Origin: an uncultured delta proteobacterium
GTDB lineage: Bacteria > Myxococcota_A > Polyangia > Polyangiales > B10-G4
Direction: 5' to 3'
DNA length: 64,000 nucleotides
Assembly: GCA_963727445.1 (NCBI GenBank)
Contig: CAVSGI010000008.1
Span: 416,001 to 480,000 of the forward strand
Position 1 is the first letter of the stretch. Every line of letters starts with the position of its first letter. Below the pieces are notes generated by a model. The model worked only from the letters and a program-made list of their open reading frames with translations, searched no databases and was not told the DNA's origin. Position numbers and translations under genes: made by a program. Positions 28,200-37,526 of this stretch are shown here, piece by piece.

Positions 28200-29084
28200 A
28201 TGAAGCCCACGCTGGTCAGCCCCCCCGAGAGCCCCTACCTCGTCCCCTTCGACGGAACCTTTCGGGTGAAGAAGGCGCCCACCAGGCCGCCGAAGGACGC
28301 CCCCGACAAGAAGGACGCCAAGAAGGAGCTCGAGGACGTGATCGACGAGCTCCGCGACCAGCAGCGGATGCTCTACGCCCAGGACCGCTACTCGGTGCTG
28401 ATGGTGTTCCAGGCGATGGACGCCGCCGGCAAGGACGGAACCATCCGCGCCGTGATGAGCGGCATCAACCCGGCCGGCTGCCAGGTCTTCAGCTTCAAGC
28501 AGCCGTCGGCGGAGGAGCTCGACCACGACTTCTTGTGGCGCGTCTATCGGCGCATGCCGGAGCGCGGGCGCATCGGCATCTTCAATCGGAGCCACTACGA
28601 AGAGGTGCTGGTGGTGCGCGCGCACCCCGAGTACCTGAAGGGCCAGCGCATCCCACGGGAGGTGCCGCTCGGCCAGCTCTGGGAAGAACGCTACGACTCG
28701 ATCCGCGACGTGGAGCGCCACCTCGCGCGCAACGGGACGGTGATCCTCAAGTTCTGGCTGAACGTGTCGAGGGACGAGCAGCGCGAGCGGTTCCTCGCGC
28801 GCATCGACGAGCCCAAGTCGAACTGGAAGTTCTCCGCGGGCGACGTGAAGGAGCGTGCCCTGTGGGACACCTACATGACGGCCTACGAAGACGCCTTGAA
28901 CGCGACCTCACGCCCCTGGGCGCCCTGGTACGCGATCCCCGCCGACAAGAAGCCCTTCATGCGTCTCCAGGTCGCCCGCATCGTCCTGCAAACGCTCAAG
29001 TCACTGTCGCTGAGCTACCCGAGCGTCAGCGACGGCGACCGCGCAGAGATGCTGGCGCTCCGGGACCAGCTGGCGAAGGAGTGA
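28200..29084 (+). CDS. ppk2: polyphosphate kinase 2 (class III-like)
   Basis: FQAMDAAGKDGTI, FSFKQPS.EELDHDFLWR, IFNRSHYEEVL, NWKFS, APWYAIPADKK. Confidence 0.95.
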   Translation: MKPTLVSPPESPYLVPFDGTFRVKKAPTRPPKDAPDKKDAKKELEDVIDELRDQQRMLYAQDRYSVLMVFQAMDAAGKDGTIRAVMSGINPAGCQVFSFKQPSAEELDHDFLWRVYRRMPERGRIGIFNRSHYEEVLVVRAHPEYLKGQRIPREVPLGQLWEERYDSIRDVERHLARNGTVILKFWLNVSRDEQRERFLARIDEPKSNWKFSAGDVKERALWDTYMTAYEDALNATSRPWAPWYAIPADKKPFMRLQVARIVLQTLKSLSLSYPSVSDGDRAEMLALRDQLAKE

Positions 29085-29108
29085 ACCCTGCTCCCGTGCC
29101 CCTGCCTG

Positions 29109-29996
29109 CTACGCCGCGCTGCCCAGCTTGGTGAGCGCGCCTTCGACGGGTGGGTCGAAGTGCACGTCGACCTGGGGGAAGGCGATGGTGATGCCCGCGT
29201 CGTCGAATCCCCACCAGATGGCCTGGCGGAGCCGCGAGCTGTAGTCACGCCGCCGCCAGGGATTGTCCACCCAGACGCTGACGTCGAAGTCGACGGAGCT
29301 CGAGCCGAAGTCGGTCATCAGCACCTGGGGCTCGTGGATCGCGTCGCGCCACTCGATGTCCTTGGCCACGTCTTGGAGCACCTCGAGGACCTTCCGCATG
29401 TCGGAGGAGTACGCGACTCCGACGCTGACGCGGACGCGGTACGACATATCGGAGTAAGTGAAGTTCTTCACCGGGTTCTGAACGAGGATGGAGTTGGGGA
29501 CGATCAGGTCCTCGTCCTCCAGGGTGCGCACCACCGTCGCGCGGATACCCATGCGCTCCACCTTGACGAGCGTGTCCTCGACCTCGACGACGTCACCCGG
29601 TTTGATGGAGTGCTCGATCAGCAGGATCAACCCGGACACGAAGTTCTGCGCGATGTTCTGCATCGCGAAGCCGATGCCCACGGCGAATATCGCGCCGGCC
29701 GCGAAGAGCGCCCCGAGGTTGATGCCGAGGGTCGAGAGCGCGACGCCGAGGCCAATCGCCATGACCATGTAGTGCGTCAGACGCTTGATGACGCCCACCG
29801 TGCCCGTCGAGACGTGGCGACGGATGGAGAACACGCGCACGATGGCCCGCTGCAAGAGCTTCGAAGTCGCATACGCCGCCAGCGCGACCACGAGCGAGGT
29901 GAGTAGTGTCGCGCCGGTGACGGTGGTGCCCGCCACCTCGAAGAGCTCGAAGTGCAATGCCGCCCCGACCTTCGCGAGGATCTCCTTGTAGTCCAT
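29109..29996 (-). CDS. mscS: small-conductance mechanosensitive channel (MscS family)
   Basis: GIGFAMQNIAQNFVSGLILL, IKPGDVV, IRATVVRT, IVPNS, VGVAYSSD, ITIAFPQVDVH. Confidence 0.9.
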   Translation of the reverse strand: MDYKEILAKVGAALHFELFEVAGTTVTGATLLTSLVVALAAYATSKLLQRAIVRVFSIRRHVSTGTVGVIKRLTHYMVMAIGLGVALSTLGINLGALFAAGAIFAVGIGFAMQNIAQNFVSGLILLIEHSIKPGDVVEVEDTLVKVERMGIRATVVRTLEDEDLIVPNSILVQNPVKNFTYSDMSYRVRVSVGVAYSSDMRKVLEVLQDVAKDIEWRDAIHEPQVLMTDFGSSSVDFDVSVWVDNPWRRRDYSSRLRQAIWWGFDDAGITIAFPQVDVHFDPPVEGALTKLGSAA

Positions 29997-30026
29997 CTCT
30001 CAACCCCTGTGTTGTCGCCGCCCCCC

Positions 30027-30887
30027 TCAGCGAGGGGATTGCAGAGCGTACAGGGAGCGGTCCACCGCCGCCCAGCCGTCGAGCCCACCGGCCACCGCGA
30101 GGCGGAACATCGCCATCCCCTCGCCGCCCTCGATCTTGATCCGCGGCAGCTCCGCCGGATCGGCACCCGGCGCGATCGCCCCGTGTTGAGAGGTGAAGAC
30201 CGTACGGTACCCCGCGTCCACCAGCACCCGCGCCGTCGCGTGGTCGAAATCGGAGCGCGTCCCATAGGGATAGGCGAAGCTCGAGACCTCCCGTCCGAGC
30301 CGCGCTTCGAGGATCTCCTTCGACCGAACGGCCTCCTCCACGCGCTCTTCGGGCGCGATCTTCCGAAGTGAGCGGTGGGTCAGCCCGTGCGACTGCACGT
30401 CGATGCCGCCCTCGATCATCTCCCCGAGCTGCTCCCAGCTCACGAAGCGCTCGCTCATCCCGTCCAGCGGCGCGCCGCCCACCGCGCCTGCCACCGTGAA
30501 GAGCACCGCCGGCACGCCGTGGGCGCGAAGGATGGGTAGCGCGATCCGGTGCACGCTCAGCGATCCGTCGTCGATGGTGAGAAGCACCGCGCCCGGGGGC
30601 GGCGCGAGCTCGCCCGCGAGGAACGACTCGAAGTCGGCGAGCGACAGCGCGGTGGCCGTCTCGGCCAGATGGCGCACCTGCGCCTCGAAGACCTCCGCCG
30701 GAACACGGAAGGGCTCGCGCGTCCCCTCTCCGAAGCGGTGATAGGTGATGACCCGCACCTCGGGCCCCAGGCGCAGCCGCCGCCGGACGCCGATGGCGCC
30801 CGATGAAAGCGATCCGAAGGCCATGGCCGCACGCGCGAGCTTCTTCAGGGCCCAGCGCGAAGGGGCGATGCTCTCGCTGGTGCTCAC
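30027..30887 (-). CDS. polysaccharide deacetylase (NodB/IcaB-like)
   Basis: ITYHRF, LTIDDG, QSHGLTH, FAYPYG, LPRIKI; the GTG start overlaps the WecB stop (GTGA). Confidence 0.88.
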   Translation of the reverse strand: MSTSESIAPSRWALKKLARAAMAFGSLSSGAIGVRRRLRLGPEVRVITYHRFGEGTREPFRVPAEVFEAQVRHLAETATALSLADFESFLAGELAPPPGAVLLTIDDGSLSVHRIALPILRAHGVPAVLFTVAGAVGGAPLDGMSERFVSWEQLGEMIEGGIDVQSHGLTHRSLRKIAPEERVEEAVRSKEILEARLGREVSSFAYPYGTRSDFDHATARVLVDAGYRTVFTSQHGAIAPGADPAELPRIKIEGGEGMAMFRLAVAGGLDGWAAVDRSLYALQSPR

Positions 30888-31621
30888 CCGCCCACCCGTT
30901 CCCGCGCGACGCGATAGAGGTAGAGGGGATTGCCCACGAGATAGCGGCGCGCCTTCTTCGGCTGCTGCAAGAGGAGCTGCGCCCACTCGAAGCCGGCCGC
31001 CCGCACCCAGGCCGGCGCGCGCGTGAGATTGCCTGCCCAATGATCGAAGAGCCCACCCACGCCGATCACCAGAGGCACGTCGAGGCGATCGCGGTGGTCG
31101 TGGATCCACCGCTCCTGCAGCGGATTGCCCATCCCCACCAGGAGCATGTCCGGACGCGCCTCGGCGATGTCCTCGAGCACCGGATCGATGGGCCCGTCGA
31201 AGACGTAGCCGTGGTGGTGCCCCGCGTGGGTCCAGCCCGGATGCTGCTCTTGAACGTGCGCTACCGCGCGCGCGATGGTCTCTTCGGTGGCGCCCAGAAG
31301 GTAGTAGCGGAGCCCCCGGTCGGCGGTGTGGTCGAAGAAGAGCGGCAGCAGATCCGTCCCGTTCAGGTTGGCGCGGAGCCGCACCCCCTGCATCCGAGCG
31401 GCCCACCGCACGCCGGTGCCATCCCCGAAGACCACGTCGCCAGTGTTGAGCACGTCCCGATAGGGCGGCTGTTCCACCGCGCAGTTCAGGGTGTGGGCGT
31501 TGACGAAGTACAGGACGCTCGTGCCCTTCGTCTCCACCATCTCCGCCATCCGGCCCAGAGCATCGGGCACCGTGAGATCGGTGATCTCGACCCCCAGAAT
31601 GCGGAGCTGTCGGTCCGGCAC
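30884..31621 (-). CDS. WecB/TagA/CpsF family glycosyltransferase (GT26)
   Basis: FVNAH, DGTGV, NGTDL, YLLGA, HHGY, VGMGNPLQERW, GVGGLFD, RAPAW...GFEW. Confidence 0.93.
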   Translation of the reverse strand: MPDRQLRILGVEITDLTVPDALGRMAEMVETKGTSVLYFVNAHTLNCAVEQPPYRDVLNTGDVVFGDGTGVRWAARMQGVRLRANLNGTDLLPLFFDHTADRGLRYYLLGATEETIARAVAHVQEQHPGWTHAGHHHGYVFDGPIDPVLEDIAEARPDMLLVGMGNPLQERWIHDHRDRLDVPLVIGVGGLFDHWAGNLTRAPAWVRAAGFEWAQLLLQQPKKARRYLVGNPLYLYRVARERVGG

Positions 31622-31625
31622 TAGA

Positions 31626-32579
31626 CTAGGGTGCTGTGCAGTCGATGTTGATCACCGTGAGGGCGCCCGGCGCGGTGAGCCACTCGGTGACGGGGAAGCG
31701 AAGGGCGCAGGTGCCCGAGGCGGGGTCGAGGGGCATGACCGGGACCATCGTCTCGAGGACGTTGGGGAAGAAGATCTGCTTCGCGCGCATGTCCATGGTG
31801 CACGTCGCCCCCGGAAGCGCGCCGGGCGGGTTGCTCCCATCGCTCTCGCAGAGCGGCACCAGACGGTTTCCGAGGATCACCCCGACGTCGGTGATGTTGA
31901 AAGCGGGGTCGTGGGTGATGCCCGCGCCGAGATCGGCGCCGTCGCCGCCCGCCATGTCGTCCACCGGGTTGAAGCCGCAGGCGATCCAGCCGCGGGTCGT
32001 GTCCCGGGTGATGCTGGCGTCCGACGCTACGCGATCGAGACCCATCACGTCCGGCAGGACGAAGTCGTACGCCTCGTAGTCCGCCCCGCGCGTCTGCTCG
32101 GCGCGGATCGAGCCGGCGTAGCCTTCCACCGGCTCGACGTGCATGAAGGTGAGTGTGTCCGCAGGCCCCTGAATCGTGTACTGGCCCGTCCCGTCGGTGG
32201 TGGTGGTGTTGATGATCGTCCCGTCGAGGTTCTTGATGTGAACGGTGGCGCCGACGATGCGGCCACCCGGCGTCGCGACCGCGCCATCGGGCATGCCCGC
32301 GTCGGGCCAGGGCGTCACGCCGGCGTCGGGCTCGCGATCGGAGGCGCCCTCCCCGTAGACGGTGCCCGTGATGGTGAGGTCACCGCCGCCGCCATCGCCT
32401 GCAGCATCGGCGTCGGTCGAGCCGTCCATCCCGATTCCGGTGTCGCCCCCGTCACCGGTGGTCGAATCCATCGAGCCATCGGTGGAGGAGTCGGGGGTAC
32501 CCCCGTCGCCCAATCCGTCGTCGCCGCACGCGACGAAGGTCAGACAAGCGCAGAAGAGCAAGGCGAGCTTTCGATCCAT
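31626..32579 (-). CDS. hypothetical lipoprotein with a carboxypeptidase-regulatory-like beta-sandwich
   Basis: FVACGDD lipobox; ITGTVY...IVGATV...TTTTDGTGQYTI. Confidence 0.75.
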   Translation of the reverse strand: MDRKLALLFCACLTFVACGDDGLGDGGTPDSSTDGSMDSTTGDGGDTGIGMDGSTDADAAGDGGGGDLTITGTVYGEGASDREPDAGVTPWPDAGMPDGAVATPGGRIVGATVHIKNLDGTIINTTTTDGTGQYTIQGPADTLTFMHVEPVEGYAGSIRAEQTRGADYEAYDFVLPDVMGLDRVASDASITRDTTRGWIACGFNPVDDMAGGDGADLGAGITHDPAFNITDVGVILGNRLVPLCESDGSNPPGALPGATCTMDMRAKQIFFPNVLETMVPVMPLDPASGTCALRFPVTEWLTAPGALTVINIDCTAP

Positions 32580-32622
32580 GGGGGCAGCGTAACCGAATTT
32601 CGGGGGCCCAGCGCCCCCGAGG

Positions 32623-35145
32623 CTACCTATGACCGCTCGGCCGGAGGTCAACCCCCGGGGTCTGCCCGTCCGCGATCAGGGCCGCGAAGTGCTCCGTGTG
32701 CGGCGCTTGGCACTCCCAGATCGTGCACTCGTTGTTGACGACGAAACTGCGCACGTCGGCATAACGGCGCATCAGGGGATGCTCCTCGAAGGCCGGATGA
32801 AACTGCACCCGGGCGTAGCGGTAGTACTCGGCGTGGGGGAGCTCCTCGACCGGACCGTAGACCGGAATGCCGGGCATGGGCGGGCGCCCCTGCTTGACGA
32901 AGACGAGGGAGTCGAGGTGCAGCGGCTCTCGGGGGGTCACGGTACCGAGACCGGTGATGAAGGACATGCCCAGCGGGTTCGCGCCGAGGACGTAGTCGGC
33001 GGAGAGCGCGATGGCGTCGTGATAGCGCTGCTGGTCCTCTTCCGAGACGTGCCCCAGGGCGAGCGTGGCGAAGATGGGATCGAGGTAGCGGCCCATCACC
33101 GTGCCCTGTCCCCAATCCACCGGGCGCCCCTCGGGGCGCGCGTTCCGGTGCGCGTGCGGCGACTCGAAGACGGAAGTCACCACCTCCTCCGCCTCGCGCG
33201 CGAGCTGCCGCCGCGAGGTCTCGAGGATCTCGGGATCGGGATCGGGCCCGAGCAGATAGCCGATGATGTAGTCCGGCATGACCTGGCCGTCGCGCGCGTA
33301 GTCCCCGGTGAAGTTGTGCCGGTCCGTGAAGTTGCTGAAGGCGCCGTAAGGACCGATGCGACGCCACGCCTCCTCGAAGGCCTGCTTGTAGGACGCCTGG
33401 CCAGTGAGGCGATAGAGCTCGCCGGTGGCGTAGAGCGTGTACGGGTCCTTTGCGCCGTGATCCTTCGCCCACGCGTAGGCTCGCTCCGCCTCGCGCCTGA
33501 GCGCGGCAGAACGCCGCCTGTCGAGCTGCCGGAGGTCGTACGCGGCCTGGGCAAAGACGCCCGCCACGCGCATCGACACCTGCGCGTCGCGAGCGAAGGT
33601 GAAGTACTCGAGCTGATCCTGGTCGGCGGAGTAGATGCCCCAGGGATGACGGGTGGACTCGACGCCGGCGCGCACGCCTCCATCGCGCTCCTGCAGCGCT
33701 TCCCATCCCCCGATGCCCCACAGCGCCTCGTCGAGAAGATCCGGGACGTGGTCACCGCTCTTCGGCAGCACGAGCTGCCCGTCCGTGAAATGCGAGGGCG
33801 CGTTCTCGTAGGCGCGCATCAGGAGCTGCGGCACCACCGTGTGCATCGGCCGCTGATCGAAGTCGCCGGCGTCGTGGTAGCCGCCGCGCAGCTCGATGCG
33901 CCGCCCCGACGCCTGGGTGTCCTGGGGAAACTGCTCGAAAGCGTTTTCTTGCTCGCGCACGTAGACCCAGCGGTGGTCCTGCGGGCGCGGCCAGTCCGTG
34001 TAGCGGGCCTCGAGATCACCACCCCAGCGGTTGTGGAAGAGCCCCCGAGCCGTCACGTAATAGGCCTCGAAGAGCGCGCGCTCGGCGATGCGCGTGGGAT
34101 AGGAGACGCCGACGCCCGGGATCTCGATCCGATAGACCGAGCCCTCGTTGGGCGGCACCGAGGAGAGGTCGATCTCGAAGACCATGGTCCCCGCGTCGGA
34201 GTCGTTCTGGGAGCGCCTGCGGATCGGCACCGGACTGCCCACGCGCACCCGCGGCTGCATCTCGTCGCGACTCTCGCGGAAGATCGTCGCGCGGTTCGGA
34301 AAGCCCGAGAGGTCGAGGGCGCCGCCATCTCCCATCCAGGCCGATACGTAGGCGTAGCGCTGTCGCGCGCGCGGGCTGTAGCCCACCTGATTGAGCTGAA
34401 TGACCGGTGTCTCGAGATAGCAGCTGTGGAAAGGCACCAGGATGCGTGCGTCGTTCGGCCCTTCGATGGTGAGGATCTCCGGGCTGCCCACGGCCTCGGC
34501 GAGCTCGAGGAAGATGCGATGGTCGACGTCGACCACGGATAGATCGTCGTCGGCGCCGAAGCCGAGCTCGTAGCCGGGCTGCCCCACCGGTACCGAGTGC
34601 CGATGGACCTCGGTGACGCGGATCGCGTCGCCGCTGCGGCGTTTCACCGACCAGCCGCGGCGGCCCCACACGCGGCCGTTGCCGTTGCGCAGCGTGACCA
34701 TCAAGACCTTCGGCGCCACCGCCGCGACCGACACCACGGGCGTTCCCTCCGGGCGCACCCCCCGCGGCGTCCGCGCATGGACCACGGCCGACTTCTGCCC
34801 ACGCGGCGTGTCGGCCTCGACTCGCACCCAGAGATCGACGCCCGGCGGCAGGTGGTCGATGGTGTAGTCGTCGTCGTCGCCGTCGAGGCGAGCGACCCGC
34901 TTGCCCCGACGGAAGGTGCCGTCCTCCCCCGGCGGCCCGCTCCCGACGATCACGCGCACCTCGGTGGCGCCACGAACGCCGGGCCATGCGAGGCGAACGC
35001 TCCCCGGCGTGACCTCCGCCACCCGCGGCGAGAGATCATCCGCGGTGGCCTGGGCCCCGCACGTGCTCTCGCACCCGGCGGCGCACACGCCCACGGCGGC
35101 CACCAAGAGGACCATCCTCTGCTTTGCGCGATCGTGCCCGCTCAC
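32623..35145 (-). CDS. glycoside hydrolase family 9 lipoprotein (FN3-like + Ig-like + GH9), EpsB-like
   Basis: IQLNQVGY, LRGGYHDAGDFD, PDLLDEALWG, YVLGANPLGMSFITGLG, NECTIW; lipobox AAGC. Confidence 0.88.
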   Translation of the reverse strand: MSGHDRAKQRMVLLVAAVGVCAAGCESTCGAQATADDLSPRVAEVTPGSVRLAWPGVRGATEVRVIVGSGPPGEDGTFRRGKRVARLDGDDDDYTIDHLPPGVDLWVRVEADTPRGQKSAVVHARTPRGVRPEGTPVVSVAAVAPKVLMVTLRNGNGRVWGRRGWSVKRRSGDAIRVTEVHRHSVPVGQPGYELGFGADDDLSVVDVDHRIFLELAEAVGSPEILTIEGPNDARILVPFHSCYLETPVIQLNQVGYSPRARQRYAYVSAWMGDGGALDLSGFPNRATIFRESRDEMQPRVRVGSPVPIRRRSQNDSDAGTMVFEIDLSSVPPNEGSVYRIEIPGVGVSYPTRIAERALFEAYYVTARGLFHNRWGGDLEARYTDWPRPQDHRWVYVREQENAFEQFPQDTQASGRRIELRGGYHDAGDFDQRPMHTVVPQLLMRAYENAPSHFTDGQLVLPKSGDHVPDLLDEALWGIGGWEALQERDGGVRAGVESTRHPWGIYSADQDQLEYFTFARDAQVSMRVAGVFAQAAYDLRQLDRRRSAALRREAERAYAWAKDHGAKDPYTLYATGELYRLTGQASYKQAFEEAWRRIGPYGAFSNFTDRHNFTGDYARDGQVMPDYIIGYLLGPDPDPEILETSRRQLAREAEEVVTSVFESPHAHRNARPEGRPVDWGQGTVMGRYLDPIFATLALGHVSEEDQQRYHDAIALSADYVLGANPLGMSFITGLGTVTPREPLHLDSLVFVKQGRPPMPGIPVYGPVEELPHAEYYRYARVQFHPAFEEHPLMRRYADVRSFVVNNECTIWECQAPHTEHFAALIADGQTPGVDLRPSGHR

Positions 35146-35165
35146 GGCGCGTGAAGATAGCAGAT

Positions 35166-36638
35166 TCAAGATGCCTCTCCGGGTGTCCCCACTTCTTCCT
35201 TTGGGCTCGTGAGGCGCAACAACAAGGCCGCCACGCCGATTCCGACGAAACCGGTCGCCGTGCACGCGATCAGCGATGCGACGAGGCCAGAGCTCCCGAA
35301 GGCACGAATCGCATAGCCCACGCCCCCGGCGGCGGCGCCGGCGCAGAGCCCGGGGGACAGCGCCGCCAGCACCTTCCAGAAGCGCCACTCGAGGAGCTGG
35401 CGCGCCGTCCACCACATCAGGACGAACGTCACGGTGTTACCGATGATGGTGCTGCCCGCGACGGCCCAGATGCCGTAGTGAGGCGCGCCGGCGATGGAGA
35501 TGGCGAGGTTCAAACCCGAGCCGATGACGATGGGGATCGCGCAGGACCAGCCGGTGGTGGCGGTGAGCATCACCATCGAGGAAGCGACCTCGTAGGTGCT
35601 CATGATCACCGCCGCCGTCGCGAGCAGAGCCAGCACCAACGCCGGCGTCGGGCCCGCCACGACGTCGCCGACCCACCCGATGAGCAGGTGCTGCCCGTCG
35701 AGGGCGAGCGCGGCCATGCCGCTGAAGATCACCCCGCCGAAGACGCCGGTACCGATACGCACCGCGCGGGCGCGACGCTCCGGATCGCCCAGACGCGGCA
35801 TCAGCGCGATCGTCGCCTGCTTCGCGATCAGATAGGACATGTCGACCGCTCGCCCCGCCACGCCGTAGGCCGCCACCACCGCCAGGGGCGCGACGCGCAC
35901 CAGCACGAAGAGATCGACCCGGAGCGCGGTCACCACCGAGAGATTCACGGCGAGCTGCGCGGCCCCGTCGCGAAAAGCATGGCGAGCCTCCGCCCGGTCG
36001 GCGGGCAGGTGAGGACGCAGCGGGATCGCGGGGTCGAGGATACGAGCCGCCCGCACCACCATCAGGAGCTCGGTCGTGTAAGCGAGCAGGAGCGCGCCCG
36101 CCGGCACCAGGAGCGAGCGGTAGAAAGGAAAGCCGACGATGATCGCCAGGACCTGAAGCACGCTGGCGGTGGTCCGCGCGTTGGCGACGTAGCGGATCCC
36201 ACCACGCGCAAAAACGAAACCCCGGTACGGACCCGTCACCGCCAGAACACCGCCGGCCACGAGCGCGACCACCGCCGCCCGCCGCGCGTCCGCGACGAGC
36301 GCGGGCGAGGTCTCCGCGGGCAAGTCGATCAAGAAGAAGTAGGCGATGATGCCCACCAGCGGCACGCTGGCGCCCACCACCGCGAGGGCGAGCGCCAAGA
36401 GGCGGCGCGCGCGCTCGTCCTCCTTGGCCACCGCAGCGCGCTGAACGCTGGTGGTGAGCCCCAGATCCGTGAGGCTCAAGAGGAACGAGGCCGCGCCCAG
36501 GAGCGCCCAGACGCCGAGACCGTCGTCATCGAGGACCCGCGCGATGATCGGATAGGTGAGCAGGCCCGCGATTGCGGCGCCGATCTGCCGGCCGCCACCA
36601 GCGAGGAGCTCCTTCAGCGTCTTTCGGTCCTCGCTCAT
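35166..36638 (-). CDS. wzx: Wzx-type oligosaccharide flippase
   Basis: PIIARVL...GVWAL...LTDLGL, RVDLFVL...VAAYGVA; about 12-14 hydrophobic segments; EPS context. Confidence 0.85.
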   Translation of the reverse strand: MSEDRKTLKELLAGGGRQIGAAIAGLLTYPIIARVLDDDGLGVWALLGAASFLLSLTDLGLTTSVQRAAVAKEDERARRLLALALAVVGASVPLVGIIAYFFLIDLPAETSPALVADARRAAVVALVAGGVLAVTGPYRGFVFARGGIRYVANARTTASVLQVLAIIVGFPFYRSLLVPAGALLLAYTTELLMVVRAARILDPAIPLRPHLPADRAEARHAFRDGAAQLAVNLSVVTALRVDLFVLVRVAPLAVVAAYGVAGRAVDMSYLIAKQATIALMPRLGDPERRARAVRIGTGVFGGVIFSGMAALALDGQHLLIGWVGDVVAGPTPALVLALLATAAVIMSTYEVASSMVMLTATTGWSCAIPIVIGSGLNLAISIAGAPHYGIWAVAGSTIIGNTVTFVLMWWTARQLLEWRFWKVLAALSPGLCAGAAAGGVGYAIRAFGSSGLVASLIACTATGFVGIGVAALLLRLTSPKEEVGTPGEAS

Positions 36639-36701
36639 CTAGCGCACTCGCGCCCCGCCGGACGCGAGCATATGCTAGCCAACCGTTGGAGGTCGAGCCG
36701 A

Positions 36702-37526
36702 GTGTCCCCCACGATCGACGTCATCGTACGCTGCCGAAACGAGATGCCCTGGACAGAGCGCGCCCTGTCTGGTCTGCGAGAGCAGCGCGGCGTCGAGGCG
36801 CGCATTCTGTTCATCGATTGCGATTCGACGGACGGCTCGCGCGAGGTCGCTGAGTCGATGGGGGTACGGCTCCTCGACTGGGACCCGAAGAAGTACGTCC
36901 CCGGGCGCGTGCTCAACCACGGGATGGAGCAGACGGAGTCGGAGATCGCCGCCTTCATCAACGCCGACGCCGTTCCGCTCCACGACGATGCGCTCCAAAC
37001 GCTCATCGCTCCCCTCGCGGACCCGAGCGTGGCCGCCACTTTTGCGCGTCAGGTCGCGCGCCCCGACGCCGACCCCCTGACCAAGCTCGATTACGCGCGC
37101 GCTTTCGGCGACGCGCCCGTCCCCACCCGCCTGGGGACCTTCTTCTCCATGGCGGCCTCGGCGATCCGCCGCGACGTCTGGTCGTCGATGCCCTTCGACC
37201 CGGACCTCCGATACTCCGAGGACGTGGACTGGACCACCCGCGCGGCCGCCCTCGGTTACGAGATCCGCTACGTCCCCGAGGCGCGCTTCGAGCACTCGCA
37301 CGCCTATGACCTCCGCGGACACTTCAAGCGGCGCAAGGGTGAAGGACGAGCGGACACGGCGATCCACCGGTTGGGCCGCGCCTCCGTCGTCACCGACTTC
37401 GCACGTCCGCTCGTCGGCTCGCTCCTCAGGGACGCGCGGGCAGGCGCAGCGCGGCCCGAGGTCGCGGTGACGCGCATGGTGCAGGCGGCTGGGTACTTCG
37501 TGGGGCGGTGGCGGTCGACGCGGTGA
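36702..37526 (+). CDS. glycosyltransferase family 2 (rhamnosyltransferase-like)
   Basis: VIVRCRNE, IDCDSTDGS, LNHG, FINADAVP, YSEDVDW, HSH; GGAGG upstream of the GTG. Confidence 0.9.
   Translation: MSPTIDVIVRCRNEMPWTERALSGLREQRGVEARILFIDCDSTDGSREVAESMGVRLLDWDPKKYVPGRVLNHGMEQTESEIAAFINADAVPLHDDALQTLIAPLADPSVAATFARQVARPDADPLTKLDYARAFGDAPVPTRLGTFFSMAASAIRRDVWSSMPFDPDLRYSEDVDWTTRAAALGYEIRYVPEARFEHSHAYDLRGHFKRRKGEGRADTAIHRLGRASVVTDFARPLVGSLLRDARAGAARPEVAVTRMVQAAGYFVGRWRSTR

Noticed and set aside
25566..28721. ORF-track N-terminal extensions (e.g. 28721, 44711, 42435, 35124, 53757, 31406, 8016)
   Set aside because: The extensions overlap genuine neighbouring genes. Internal starts with a signal peptide, -10 box or coupling overlap fit better.
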